In this document: one piece after another, positions 29,775 through 39,601 of the stretch
How positions within the stretch are numbered: position 1 is the first letter of the stretch
How the letters are laid out: each line of letters begins with the position of its first letter
Assembly: GCA_036676495.1 (NCBI GenBank)
Contig: JAKFCT010000100.1
Location: 1-49,916, forward strand
From: Candidatus Sericytochromatia bacterium
Lineage (GTDB): Bacteria; Cyanobacteriota; Sericytochromatia; S15B-MN24; UBA4093
DNA: 49,916 nt
Reading direction: 5' to 3'
The notes under the pieces: model-generated
The model's database searches: none
The model's input: the letters and a program-made list of their open reading frames with translations, nothing else
What the model was told of the DNA's origin: nothing
Position numbers and translations under genes: made by a program

Positions 29775-30880
29775 CCCTCCTCACGAGGCCTGCCGCCCTG
29801 CCGGACGACGACCGTCCCCGTCATGAACGGGTGCGGCGTGCAGAGGTAGGGGTAGCTGCCCTCTTCATCGAAACGCCGGCTCCAGGACGCTCCGGGCCGG
29901 ATATTGCCCGAATCCCAGAGGCCTGACCGGCTCGTGACCGTGTGGTCCATGATGTCCCGGTTCACCCAGCGCACCGTGGTCCCCGGTGCGACGCTCAGGA
30001 GGGCGGGAGCGTACTTGAGATCGGTGATCACGACCTCCGCGTCGTTGGCGACCTGCATGGCCCTTGTCTCCTCCGAGGAAGGGGCCGATGCCGCGACGGG
30101 CGGAGGGGCCGGCGGCGCGAAAATGGCGGCCCAGCGACTCCAAGAGGTGAAGGGGACCAGGAACTCGAACCCCCCGCGCAATTGAGACGTGCCGCGGCTC
30201 GTGCCTTCGAGGGTATGGGTATTGGCATTGGTCACGTAGAGCGACACGGAATGCGGCGAGTAGGGGATCTCGAACGTCGTCCCCACGCTCCAGGCCGGCT
30301 CGAAACGCCCCACGGCTCCCCCGCTCGTCAGACCGTTGAGATCCGCCGAAAGCTGGAGGTACCGGGTCAACTCCCAGCGCAACCCCGTGCCGAGGGCGGT
30401 TGCCGGCCCCATGCCATACCCATTCGAGAAGCCCTTGACCGTCCCGAGGATCGAGACGGCCCCCCATTGCCGGGCGACGACCAGGGCCGCGTCCGTGGAG
30501 CCCGCTGAGGTGTTGTAGGCGAGCATGCCCGTCAGATCCAGCGGAGAGCCGTCCGCTTGCCGCAGCCCCATGTGCTTGAGCAGGGGCTCCCATTCGTTGA
30601 ATGCCCCCGGACGCGTCGGATTCACGTCCGAGCTGGTGGCGTAGCGCAATGCCGCCGACAGCCGCGGCGTCAGCCCGGTGCTCAGCGTGAAGGTCGGAGA
30701 GCTCACCACCTTGGAGCCGAAGACGCTGAAGCGGTGCGTGAACGGAAAGTCGAGCTGCCCCAGGGGCGTCGTCACCGGACTCTCGACGTTCACCGTCTTG
30801 GTCGTCAGCGGCTGCGCGCGCAGCGGCCAAACCTGCCCCAGCAGCAAGACCATCATGACGATCAGACGCAGGGCGACCAT
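29759..30880 (-). CDS. Beta-barrel (DUF5777-like) fused to a C-terminal cupredoxin
   Basis: Signal peptide; FTHRF; H...YLCTPHPFMTG type-1 copper ligands. Confidence 0.75.
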   Translation of the reverse strand: MVALRLIVMMVLLLGQVWPLRAQPLTTKTVNVESPVTTPLGQLDFPFTHRFSVFGSKVVSSPTFTLSTGLTPRLSAALRYATSSDVNPTRPGAFNEWEPLLKHMGLRQADGSPLDLTGMLAYNTSAGSTDAALVVARQWGAVSILGTVKGFSNGYGMGPATALGTGLRWELTRYLQLSADLNGLTSGGAVGRFEPAWSVGTTFEIPYSPHSVSLYVTNANTHTLEGTSRGTSQLRGGFEFLVPFTSWSRWAAIFAPPAPPPVAASAPSSEETRAMQVANDAEVVITDLKYAPALLSVAPGTTVRWVNRDIMDHTVTSRSGLWDSGNIRPGASWSRRFDEEGSYPYLCTPHPFMTGTVVVRQGGRPREEGQSLR

Positions 30881-31075
30881 GGCACTCTCCTGGGTTCCCG
30901 GAGGAAGGAAGGGGCTTTCAGGCCGGCTACCGCCATGATGACGAACGATCCGCCGAAAGGCCTTGTGCCTTTCGACGGATCGCGTTGTCCAAAGCCCCCG
31001 GGTTTCAAAAAAGCCGCGATTCCAAGCCGGTCGTTTCGACAGGTCTGCTACGCTTTACTGGATGAGCCGCGGGCG

Positions 31076-31813
31076 CTAGCGGATGACGCTGAACGGGATC
31101 CACTTGGTCTGACCGTAGGATCCCTCGCCTCCGAACTTGGTCCCCACCGCCCGGAACTTGACCTGATAGTAGTGCGAACCCGAGCCCGAGTACGCGCCCG
31201 TCGGGCTGTTCGTCTCCGAACCCCGGTTGCCGTTCCAGCCGAAGCTGGTCGTCTTCGTCCAGGCGCTCGACCAAACTGACGACTTGTTCGCGTCCGCCAC
31301 CAAGATCTGGTACTCGGCCCCGGAGTCGCCGTACTTCGAGCTGAACGAGAAGCGATCCGCCGCACTCGGCCGGAACGTCGCATTCGGCTTGATCGTCGGG
31401 GAAAGGTCCCAGCCCACGTCGAAACTCACGTTGGGAGCGGAGCCCGAGCCGACGTCCACCACCTGGACCGCCGCATCCACGTACGCTCCGACGGTGTTCA
31501 CGTCTGCACTCGTCACCACCTCACCCTGGTCGTCGTAGTAGACCTGATACTTGCCCGAAGTCAGCGACTCGAACTGGTAGTCGCCCTGTCGGTTCGAGCG
31601 CGTGGTGATGCCGACCTTCTGGAAGTTGGCGCCGTCGAAGCGCTTCAGTCCCAACGTCAGGTCCTGGCCAGGGGCCTGGCCCAGGTGGGTCACGCGGCCG
31701 AAGATCGAGGTATTGCTGCCGGTTCCAGGCGCCGTCGAGCCCGGAAGGTTGCCGCAGCCGGCAAGCGCCGTCATCGCAAGGGTCAAAGCCAGCACGGAAG
31801 TACGCTTAAGCAT
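31076..31813 (-). CDS. Beta-rich lipoprotein
   Basis: AAGGAG RBS; lipobox LAGC; QGDYQF..L..GKY prealbumin-like motif. Confidence 0.75.
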   Translation of the reverse strand: MLKRTSVLALTLAMTALAGCGNLPGSTAPGTGSNTSIFGRVTHLGQAPGQDLTLGLKRFDGANFQKVGITTRSNRQGDYQFESLTSGKYQVYYDDQGEVVTSADVNTVGAYVDAAVQVVDVGSGSAPNVSFDVGWDLSPTIKPNATFRPSAADRFSFSSKYGDSGAEYQILVADANKSSVWSSAWTKTTSFGWNGNRGSETNSPTGAYSGSGSHYYQVKFRAVGTKFGGEGSYGQTKWIPFSVIR

Positions 31814-31929
31814 CGGAAGAACTCCTTCAGGAAAGGGGCGTCGCATTCACACCCCTTTCGACGGCTCCCCGTCGCTTTTTTGTTCCATGCGCCTCGACGC
31901 GACTTTTTAGAACCGCTTCGTCCCTGACC

Positions 31930-33282
31930 TCACTCGGGGCGCGGCGTCACCTCCGGACGCGCTTCCTCGCGCAGGAAGGCGATGGTCGGCACGCGCTCGC
32001 CTCGCGGGACCGCCACCGGTTTTGGCTTCATCACCAGCTGAGCGGTGTCGCGCGGCAGGAACCCCGAGAGCAGCCAATCGATGACCAGCCGGATGCGCCG
32101 GTCCGGACTCGGCATCAACGCGAAGTGGATGCCGCGCCACATGGCCCAGGCGAGCCAGCCTCGGACATGGCGCCCTCGAATGGTCGCCACGCCCTTGTGC
32201 CCGCCGATGGAGACCAGCGTGCCGATGGGCTCGTAACAGTAACGGCTGGGTTGTTCGCCGCGAGAGACGGCCAGGATGTTCTTGGCGAGCTGCTTTCCCT
32301 GGCGAACTGCATGCTGGGCCGTCGGCGGAAACGGCTTGCCGCTCGGGGCCACGATCCGCGCGCAGTCGCCCAGGGCCCAGACGTTCACCACCCCGGGAAC
32401 GGCCATGGTGGCCTCGGGGCGCAGGTAACCCTTGGCGTCCTTGGGCAGGTCGAGGTTGCTCAGCAGGGATGGAGGCGCCAGCCCGATGGTCCAGATCACG
32501 GTCCGCGTGCGAATCTCCCGCCCATCGGAAAGGATCACGTGATCCGGGTGGACTTCCCGGGTCGAGGTCTCCAGCATCACCTCGACGCCGCGGCGGCGAA
32601 TCTGCTCCAGCGCGTACTGGCCCAGCTCCGGCCCCACTTCTGCCAGGATGTGCGGAGCGAGATCCATCAGGATGAGCCGGATCTCCTCGCGGCGGACCCG
32701 GTACTTCGACAGGATCCCGAAGAGGTAGGACTCGACCTCGCTGAGCACCTCCACTCCCGTGGAGCCGCCGCCGACCACGAGGAAGGTGAGCAACTCCCGG
32801 CGGCGCGCCGGATCGCTTTCGAGCTCGGCGTCCTCCAGCATGTCGCCGATCTGGTTGCGCAGCGTCACGGCGTCCTCCACCGTGCGGAACGTGAAGGCGT
32901 GCGGATCCACCCCCGGCACCAGCTTGAGGTTGGCATCGGCCCCCGCCGCGATGACCAGGTGATCGTAGTCGAACGTCCCGCTCGCATGGGTGTTCCCGTG
33001 CTTCACGAAGACCTGCCGGGCCTCGAAGTCGATGTCCAGGACTTCCGCATCGAGCAACTGGCACTCGGAGAAGATGTCCCGCAGCGGCACCAGCACGTGC
33101 CGTGGCTCGACCGAGCCGGAGCAGACCTCCGGAAGGATCGGATAGTAAAGGAAAAAGTTCTTGCGGTTGATCAGGATGACCTCGAGCCTGCCGTCTCTCA
33201 CCGCTTCCTCGAGGCCGAGCGCCGTGTAGATGCCCGCAAACCCACCCCCGATGATGACGACGCGCTGACGCTGGTTGGCCAT
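31930..33282 (-). CDS. ndh: Type II NADH dehydrogenase family flavoprotein
   Basis: GGGFAG, YDHLVIAAG, GGGSTGVE, WALGDCA, PPTAQHA. Confidence 0.85.
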   Translation of the reverse strand: MANQRQRVVIIGGGFAGIYTALGLEEAVRDGRLEVILINRKNFFLYYPILPEVCSGSVEPRHVLVPLRDIFSECQLLDAEVLDIDFEARQVFVKHGNTHASGTFDYDHLVIAAGADANLKLVPGVDPHAFTFRTVEDAVTLRNQIGDMLEDAELESDPARRRELLTFLVVGGGSTGVEVLSEVESYLFGILSKYRVRREEIRLILMDLAPHILAEVGPELGQYALEQIRRRGVEVMLETSTREVHPDHVILSDGREIRTRTVIWTIGLAPPSLLSNLDLPKDAKGYLRPEATMAVPGVVNVWALGDCARIVAPSGKPFPPTAQHAVRQGKQLAKNILAVSRGEQPSRYCYEPIGTLVSIGGHKGVATIRGRHVRGWLAWAMWRGIHFALMPSPDRRIRLVIDWLLSGFLPRDTAQLVMKPKPVAVPRGERVPTIAFLREEARPEVTPRPE

Positions 33283-33501
33283 GATCCCCTCCTCGCCCCT
33301 CGCTCCGCTCCACTCCGATTTGGCCGCGGGCGCTCGCCATGATCGGCACCGGGACGAGTATACAAAACTTAGCACCCAGAAAGAAGGCGGCCTCGCTCGC
33401 TTTCAGGCTCACCTGGACCCTTCGGGGGTAAAAGGTCATCATGAGTCTTGACCCCTGCCGCCTCGATTAATTTCCTGGGTGGGGGCCGGAAGGAGAGCTT
33501 T

Positions 33502-34893
33502 GTGAATCGTTTCGACGTGATCGTGATTGGCGCGGGAAGTGCCGGATATGCCGCTGCGCGCACCCTTGGAGGGCGTGGCAAGAAGGTGGGCCTGGTGGAC
33601 AAGGGGCCTCTGGGAGGCCTTTGCATCCTCAAAGGCTGCATGCCCAGCAAGACGTTGCTGCGGAGCAGTGAGGTCCTCCAGCTGATCCGCGAGGCCGACG
33701 AGCTCGGCCTGCGGGTTTCCGGGGTGGAACCCGATTTTCCCGCTATCATGGACCGTCGCCAGCGCCTCGTGAAGGGGTTCCAGGACTATCGGGTCGACGG
33801 GATCCACCACGCCCCTAACGTCACCCTGATCATGGGCAAGGCGAGTTTCGTCGACGCCCAGGCCATCGAGGTCGAGGGCGTCCGCTACGAGGCCGATCAG
33901 TTCATCATCACCACCGGCTCCACTCCGACGATCCCCGAGGTCCCGGGGCTGCGCGAGGCGGGCTTCATCACCTCCGACGAGGCCCTCGAACTCACCGAGG
34001 CGCCCAAGTCCATGGTCGTGCTCGGAGGCGGAGTCATCGCCCTGGAGCTGGGCCAGTTCTACGCGCGGCTCGGCACCAAGGTGACCATGGTGATCCGCTC
34101 CGGCCATATCCTGAGCCAGGAGGACGACGACGTCCGGGAAGGCCTCGAGGGCTACCTGCGCGAGGAAGGGATGGAGATCCTTCCCTACGCCACGCCCTCC
34201 CGGGTCGAGATCAAGAACGGCAAGAAGGTCCTCTACGCCAAGATCGGCGCGTCGGAGACCCCGATCGAGGTCGATGAGATCTTCGTCGCCCTGGGCCGCC
34301 GCCCCAACCTCGACGCCCTGAACCTGGAAGCGGCCGGCGTCACGACCGAGGACGGCCTGATCCCGGTGGACCTCGCGATGCGGACCAGCAACCCGGCCAT
34401 CTACGCCGCGGGCGACTGCGTGGGCAACTACAACCTCGTGCACGTCGCCATCTACCAGGGGGAGATCGCCGCGTACAACATCCTGGGGACGCCGCGGGAG
34501 GCCGATTACCGGATCGTCCCCTACGCCATCTTCACCGATCCCAACTTCGCCCGGGTCGGCCTCAGCGAGCGCGAAGCCGCCGCCAAGGGCATCCCCGTCA
34601 TCACCGGCAAGTACGAGTTCGCCGAGCTCGGCAAGGCGGAGTGCATGGGCAAGGGCGCAATGAAAGGCTTCGTCAAGCTTCTCGCCAGTCCCGAGACCGG
34701 AGAGCTCCTGGGCGCCCAGATTCTGGGCCCTGAGGGCGCGGATCTCATTCATGAGCTGATCGTGGCCATGGAGTTCCGCTGTACGGCCGAACGCTTGATG
34801 GCCATCCCGCACCTGCATCCCACGCTCGCCGAGATCATCACCTACCCGGCCGAGGAGATCGCCGACAAGCGTCTCGAACTCGCCGCGCGCTGA
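33502..34893 (+). CDS. Pyridine nucleotide-disulfide oxidoreductase (dihydrolipoamide dehydrogenase/MerA-like family)
   Basis: GAGSAG, GGLCILKGCMPSK, GGGVIALE, HPTLAE; lacks the MerA C-terminal Cys pair. Confidence 0.85.
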   Translation: MNRFDVIVIGAGSAGYAAARTLGGRGKKVGLVDKGPLGGLCILKGCMPSKTLLRSSEVLQLIREADELGLRVSGVEPDFPAIMDRRQRLVKGFQDYRVDGIHHAPNVTLIMGKASFVDAQAIEVEGVRYEADQFIITTGSTPTIPEVPGLREAGFITSDEALELTEAPKSMVVLGGGVIALELGQFYARLGTKVTMVIRSGHILSQEDDDVREGLEGYLREEGMEILPYATPSRVEIKNGKKVLYAKIGASETPIEVDEIFVALGRRPNLDALNLEAAGVTTEDGLIPVDLAMRTSNPAIYAAGDCVGNYNLVHVAIYQGEIAAYNILGTPREADYRIVPYAIFTDPNFARVGLSEREAAAKGIPVITGKYEFAELGKAECMGKGAMKGFVKLLASPETGELLGAQILGPEGADLIHELIVAMEFRCTAERLMAIPHLHPTLAEIITYPAEEIADKRLELAAR

Positions 34894-34904
34894 GAGGATT
34901 CGCC

Positions 34905-35993
34905 GTGCAGATGACGAAACGCGCGTACAACTTCTACGCGGGCCCCGCGATCCTGCCGTTGCCGGCGCTGGAGCGGGCCCGCGCGGAGCTGCTCGACTTC
35001 GCCGGCACCGGCATGTCGGTCATGGAGATCAGCCACCGCTCCAAGGAGTACGAGGCGGTCCACCAGGAGGCGGAAGCCTTGCTTCGGGATCTCCTGGCCC
35101 TTCCCTCCAACTATCACGTGCTCTTCCTGCAGGGAGGAGCGAGCCTTCAGTTCGCCATGGCCCCCATGAACCTCCTGGGACCGGGGAAGAAGGCGGATTA
35201 CGTCCTCACCGACGTCTGGTCCAAGATGGCCTTCAAGGAAGCCGGTCGCTTCGGGACGGTCCGGGAGGCGGCCAGCTCCGAGGACACCGGTTTCGACCGC
35301 ATCCCCTGGCAGCTGGAGCTGGATCCGGAGGCGACGTACGTTCACATCACCAGCAACAACACGCTCTACGGCACCCAGTACCAGGAGTTCCCGGATACCG
35401 AGGGCGTGCCCCTGGTGGCGGACATGTCGAGCGACCTCTGCGGGCGGCCGTTCGACGTCTCCCCCTTCGGGCTGATCTACGCCGGAGCCCAGAAGAACCT
35501 GGGTCCCGCCGGCGTCACGGTGGTGATCCTTCGCGACGACCTGCTGGCGGCATGCCGTGAGGACGTCGCGACGATGCTCGCCTACCCGACGCATGCCAAG
35601 AATCGCTCGCTTTACAACACTCCCCCCACTTTTAACATCTACATGCTGCGCAACGTCCTCGATTGGCTGCGCCAGCAGGGCGGCTTGGCCGTCATCGAGC
35701 GCCGCAACCGCGAGAAGGCCTCCCTCCTCTATGATGCCATCGACCGCCATCCGGACCTCTACCGCGGTCATGCGCATCTCGACAGCCGTTCGGCGATGAC
35801 GGTGACCTTCCGGCTGCGCCACGAGGAGCTCGAGGCCTCTTTCTTGGCCCAGGCGGAAGCTGCAGGCCTGATCGGGCTGAAGGGGCATCGCCTGGTGGGC
35901 GGTTTCCGGGCGTCTTTATACAACGCCATGCCCCTTGAAGGCGTCCAAGCGCTGGTGGAGCACATGGATCGTTTTGCCGAGCAGCACAGCTAG
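34905..35993 (+). CDS. serC: Phosphoserine aminotransferase
   Basis: NFYAGPA, GGASLQF, DMSS, GAQKNLGPAG, NTPP, GHR.VGG.RASLYNA. Confidence 0.95.
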   Translation: MQMTKRAYNFYAGPAILPLPALERARAELLDFAGTGMSVMEISHRSKEYEAVHQEAEALLRDLLALPSNYHVLFLQGGASLQFAMAPMNLLGPGKKADYVLTDVWSKMAFKEAGRFGTVREAASSEDTGFDRIPWQLELDPEATYVHITSNNTLYGTQYQEFPDTEGVPLVADMSSDLCGRPFDVSPFGLIYAGAQKNLGPAGVTVVILRDDLLAACREDVATMLAYPTHAKNRSLYNTPPTFNIYMLRNVLDWLRQQGGLAVIERRNREKASLLYDAIDRHPDLYRGHAHLDSRSAMTVTFRLRHEELEASFLAQAEAAGLIGLKGHRLVGGFRASLYNAMPLEGVQALVEHMDRFAEQHS

Positions 35994-36018
35994 GGGTTTG
36001 GCCGTCCCGGGAGGACGC

Positions 36019-36855
36019 ATGTTGGTAGACGCGTTTGGCAGCATCATCTGCAAGGCTCGGGTTGGGCTCGATTTGACGCGCGACGCGGTCGCGCGCGGCG
36101 CGGACGTGCCCATGCGGCGCCTGGAGCGGCTGGAGGCATGCGATCAACACCCGAGCGAAGCGGAAGCCGCGCGGCTCGCGTCGGTCTTGGCATTGGCCCC
36201 GGGGCCGCTTTGGCGGATTGCCGAGGGCAACTGGCATCCGCAGCCGGTGCCTCAGGAGAAGAACGGGCTGATCGTCCACACGATGGCCGTGCGCCAGCCG
36301 GATGGCCGGGTCTCGAATTGTCACCTGGCAGGTTACGAGGGAGACGAAGAAGCGATCGTGATCGATCCGGGGGGCGAGCCGGACTGCATCTTGGCGGAAC
36401 TGGACCGGCGCGGCTGGTGTCCGCGCTACGTAGCCCTCACGCACGGACATGCCGCACATGTGGGCGGGCTCCGTCCCATTCTGGACGAATGGGGAGTCAG
36501 CGTCCTGGTGAGCGCTGCCGAGATCCCCGCGATCGGCTGGAGCGACGGCCGCTTTCACGAGGTGAAACCCGGTGAGACCCTCACCCTGGGGCGCTACTGG
36601 GTCAAGAGCCTCTTCACGCCGGGGCATACGCCCGGAGGGATCAGCTTCCTTCTCGATCATGCCTGTTTCGTGGGGGATTCCCTCTTTGCCGGAACGATCG
36701 GAGAGGCCACCATCCCCAACGGCCATCGCATGCTTCTGGACGCACTGAAGCGCGAGGTCATGACGCTTCCTCCCGATACCCGCCTCTTTCCGGGGCATGG
36801 CCCCAACACCATGGTCGGCGAAGAGCGGGAGCACAATCCCTTCTTCGCCAAGTAA
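36019..36855 (+). CDS. XRE-type HTH fused to an MBL-fold (glyoxalase II-like) domain
   Basis: N-terminal helical HTH pattern; IDPG, THGHAAH, TPGHTPG, GDSLF, PGHG, E.EHNPF. Confidence 0.8.
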   Translation: MLVDAFGSIICKARVGLDLTRDAVARGADVPMRRLERLEACDQHPSEAEAARLASVLALAPGPLWRIAEGNWHPQPVPQEKNGLIVHTMAVRQPDGRVSNCHLAGYEGDEEAIVIDPGGEPDCILAELDRRGWCPRYVALTHGHAAHVGGLRPILDEWGVSVLVSAAEIPAIGWSDGRFHEVKPGETLTLGRYWVKSLFTPGHTPGGISFLLDHACFVGDSLFAGTIGEATIPNGHRMLLDALKREVMTLPPDTRLFPGHGPNTMVGEEREHNPFFAK

Positions 36856-36913
36856 GCCTCACGGTCCCGACGCCCTGGGGCGTTCGCCGCCCGTCTCCGG
36901 CGTCCGAGGCCTC

Positions 36914-37045
36914 AATATCACCAAATATCACTGTTCGTAAATTATTTTTTTGAGGCCGGAAACCCAGGTATGGCCTGCGTTTCCAGGGCGCGAGCGAAAA
37001 TCGAAGCAGGCAAGTACATATATGTTTATGTTTAAATATTAAGCA
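36914..37045. promoter_or_regulatory. AT-rich regulatory region with a direct repeat and a palindrome
   Basis: AATATCAC at 36914 and 36924; ACATATATGT at 37016-37025. Confidence 0.55.
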
Positions 37046-37116
37046 CCGGGGTATGAATCCCCAGGACACGCAAAAGGGTCCCTGGGACTCCGAGCATCAA
37101 GTGAGGTTTCGAAGCG

Positions 37117-37329
37117 ATGATCACGATGAGCCTGTATTGCCCCTTCTGCCACGATGATCTGGTTTCGGTCACCGCTAGCGGCGAGGAATTCACCTGCCGG
37201 CACTGCGAGGCGATGGTCGATATCCTGGATGACGACCTCTGCATGGTCAGCCGCCCCCCGAATCACCTTGACGTCTCGATCATGGCGACGTTGGAGCTGG
37301 GTTCGCGTCAGGCCGCGGTTCGGCTCTAG
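37117..37329 (+). CDS. Small zinc-ribbon protein
   Basis: CPFC...CRHC; GAGGT RBS. Confidence 0.55.
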   Translation: MITMSLYCPFCHDDLVSVTASGEEFTCRHCEAMVDILDDDLCMVSRPPNHLDVSIMATLELGSRQAAVRL

Positions 37330-37344
37330 CGCTCGCGACCGGAC

Positions 37345-38427
37345 TCAGCGTCCGCCGCTCGTGGATAGGAACGCGTCAAGATAGCCCTCGGGATCGCGTT
37401 CCTTGGCCACTTTGTCTCTGAAGAAGGCGACGAAGGCCCGAAGGTCACGCCCCAACCGGTCGTAGACCTTCTCGAAGCGGTGCATGTTGCCGTGGTAGGT
37501 CAGGTACGTCACGAGGTACGCGTTGTTGAGGGGAACGCGATCCCGTCTCTGGTAGCCTCTGGTCTCGAAGGCGAGACCTTGCAACTCCGAGTTGGCCCGG
37601 GCGAAGCGTGCTTCGCGCCGGGCCAGCATCTCTTGCGGCGCGAGGCGCGAGGCGTAGAGCATCCGCAGATCACCGGCGAGCTCCTCGATGAACGCCGCGT
37701 AGCGGGCCTGGTCGCGCGCGCTGGCCTCCGCTTCTTTCACTTCGGCCGAATCGGCGCCAAAACGCATGCTCAGGAACTGCAACGCCCCCTGGTCGCCCAC
37801 GAAGGTCGCGAATCCCTCGTTGAAGCTCGGCTTTCCCGCCAGAAACGCGGTGCCATGCGTGAGCTCATGAATGATCACGTTGGCGAGCCCCGGCCGCGAC
37901 GCCGCGAGCATCGGGGAGTAGAGCGGATCGGGCACGAACCCGAGCAGGCTGAACGCCGAAACCCCGCGCAGGTAGGCGTCTAGCCCTTGGGTCTCGAGAT
38001 GGGCCTTCTCGCGCTCGGCGTCCCCTTTGTTGAAGTACCCCTTGTAGGGGACATGACCGACGATCGGGAACCACCAGAGGTGGGGCTCCAGCCGATCCTT
38101 GGGGGCGCCGGCGACCACGTAGCTCACCGCCTCGCGATCCAGGCGTATCAGCTGATCGTACGAGGCGCTTTTCTTGAGCCCGAGCTGCGTTTCGGCGAAC
38201 GCCTTGGCTTCCCGGACCAGGACGAGACGATCGCGCGTCTCGGCATCCAGCGTCGGATCCGAAAGGACCCGATCGAGGGGCTCACGGCGCATCAAGAGCG
38301 ACACCTGGCCCTGACCCTGCTGCAAAAGGTAGCCCAAAGAGCACGCCGATGATCCCAGGACCGCGCCCCCCAAGGCGAGGCCCCAAGCCAGCATGCGAAG
38401 TATCTGCCCGCGCGGCGCAAGTTTCAA
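37345..38427 (-). CDS. Predicted zinc aminopeptidase lipoprotein (PF10023-like)
   Basis: WWFPIVG.VPYKGYF, HELTH, FNEGFATFV; lipobox SSAC; alternative start at 38394. Confidence 0.85.
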   Translation of the reverse strand: MKLAPRGQILRMLAWGLALGGAVLGSSACSLGYLLQQGQGQVSLLMRREPLDRVLSDPTLDAETRDRLVLVREAKAFAETQLGLKKSASYDQLIRLDREAVSYVVAGAPKDRLEPHLWWFPIVGHVPYKGYFNKGDAEREKAHLETQGLDAYLRGVSAFSLLGFVPDPLYSPMLAASRPGLANVIIHELTHGTAFLAGKPSFNEGFATFVGDQGALQFLSMRFGADSAEVKEAEASARDQARYAAFIEELAGDLRMLYASRLAPQEMLARREARFARANSELQGLAFETRGYQRRDRVPLNNAYLVTYLTYHGNMHRFEKVYDRLGRDLRAFVAFFRDKVAKERDPEGYLDAFLSTSGGR

Positions 38428-38618
38428 GATTAAGCTTTCTATAAGGAAATTAACCGGGACTTACCCTCTTGCGAGGCCGCCCCATTCTACGGGGTCGCGG
38501 CCCCCGGAGCAAGGCCCCGACGAGGTTTGGACCCGGTCGCCCTCGGACCGGTGAAACGAGACGGCAAGCGGCTGACCCCCGGCACGACCCTCTCTAACGA
38601 GCGTGAACAGGCTTTGAG

Positions 38619-38960
38619 ATGCAACTGAGCGACATCAAAACCTACGAGCCCCCCCGATCCTTGAGCGCCGCGACCCGGTCCTCGAGTGACTCGGCGGGCT
38701 TCGCTCCGCCGCCGCCTCCGATGGCCGGCGATCGCGCCCAAATTCGCAACCGCCCTCCCCGGCGCGCCCCTCAAGCCGCCCCTCTCAACCTCGCCCTCGG
38801 CTGGGCGGCCCTCGCCTTCGCCGTGATCGCCCTGCTGATCGCCTTGGGACTCGGACAACTCGGCGGAGCCCTGGGGTTGCTGCTCGGCTGGCTCAGCGCC
38901 GCCTTCGCCTTCACCGCCCGCCGCGAGCTCCTCACCCTGCTCGACCGCGCCCTGCGCTGA
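38619..38960 (+). CDS. Hypothetical two-TM membrane protein
   Basis: Two hydrophobic helices after a disordered N-terminus. Confidence 0.55.
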   Translation: MQLSDIKTYEPPRSLSAATRSSSDSAGFAPPPPPMAGDRAQIRNRPPRRAPQAAPLNLALGWAALAFAVIALLIALGLGQLGGALGLLLGWLSAAFAFTARRELLTLLDRALR

Positions 38961-39030
38961 CGTTCACCTCCCCGAACACCCGATTTCGGAAATTTCTCTT
39001 CCGAGAGCCCCTGCCCCGCACGTCCTTGGG

Positions 39031-39190
39031 TACAATAGTAGCGTCTAGCGTAGCCCAGCCCTCGAGCCGCTCAGCGGCGCCAACGTCTTTGAGACGGAAG
39101 GCTGCGGGTGATGCTAGCGGAGGCCTCGACCATGCGGTCGGCCTGACCGTTTCGCGAGGCCCGGCGCCAAGAGATGCCTAGGGGAGGGGT
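39031..39190 (+). promoter_or_regulatory. -10 box (TACAAT) followed by a structured leader of about 150 nt
   Basis: Nested stems CTAGCGT/ATGCTAG, CAGCC/GGCTG, GGCCTCG/CGAGGCC. Confidence 0.45.
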
Positions 39191-39196
39191 TCGACC

Positions 39197-39601
39197 ATGG
39201 CTCAGATGCCAGATCAGTTCATTCAAGAGATTCAGGCCGGTTTCTTCGGAGACTTCCTCATCTCCAAGCGCCTCATCAACGGCGAGCAGCTCCGCCGCTG
39301 CCTGCAACTCCAGGAGAAAGAAAAGCGCCACCTGCGCATCGGCGAGATCCTCGTCGAGCAGGGCTACCTCGACCCCGCCGAACTCATCCCCTCCCTCACG
39401 GAGTTCAAGGTCCAGATTCGCCTCGGCGAACTGCTCATCTCCACCGGCGAGCTGACCTTCATGCAGCTCCTCGACGCGCTCGACGAACAGCGCCGCACCG
39501 GCGATCACCTGGGCGAGATCCTCGTCCGCAACGACTTCTGCGAGGCCCAGACGGTCAAGGAAGCCCTCGAACTCCAGCAGTCCCTCCTCGTCGAAGTCTG
39601 A
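39197..39601 (+). CDS. Stand-alone MshEN-type (c-di-GMP-binding) repeat protein
   Basis: Four motif copies: FFGDFLISKRLI..L..CL.LQ, RIGEILVEQGYL, RLGELLISTGEL..L..AL.EQ, HLGEILV..AL.LQ. Confidence 0.75.
   Translation: MAQMPDQFIQEIQAGFFGDFLISKRLINGEQLRRCLQLQEKEKRHLRIGEILVEQGYLDPAELIPSLTEFKVQIRLGELLISTGELTFMQLLDALDEQRRTGDHLGEILVRNDFCEAQTVKEALELQQSLLVEV

Noticed and set aside
33502-34893. Mercuric reductase merA
   Set aside because: No N-terminal metal-binding domain, no C-terminal Cys pair and no mer genes nearby.
38470-38585. Possible ribozyme or ncRNA (CCGACGAG...GAAAC within a rod-like fold)
   Set aside because: No CUGANGA hammerhead core or glmS AGCGCC core; alternative GC-rich folds are equally plausible.
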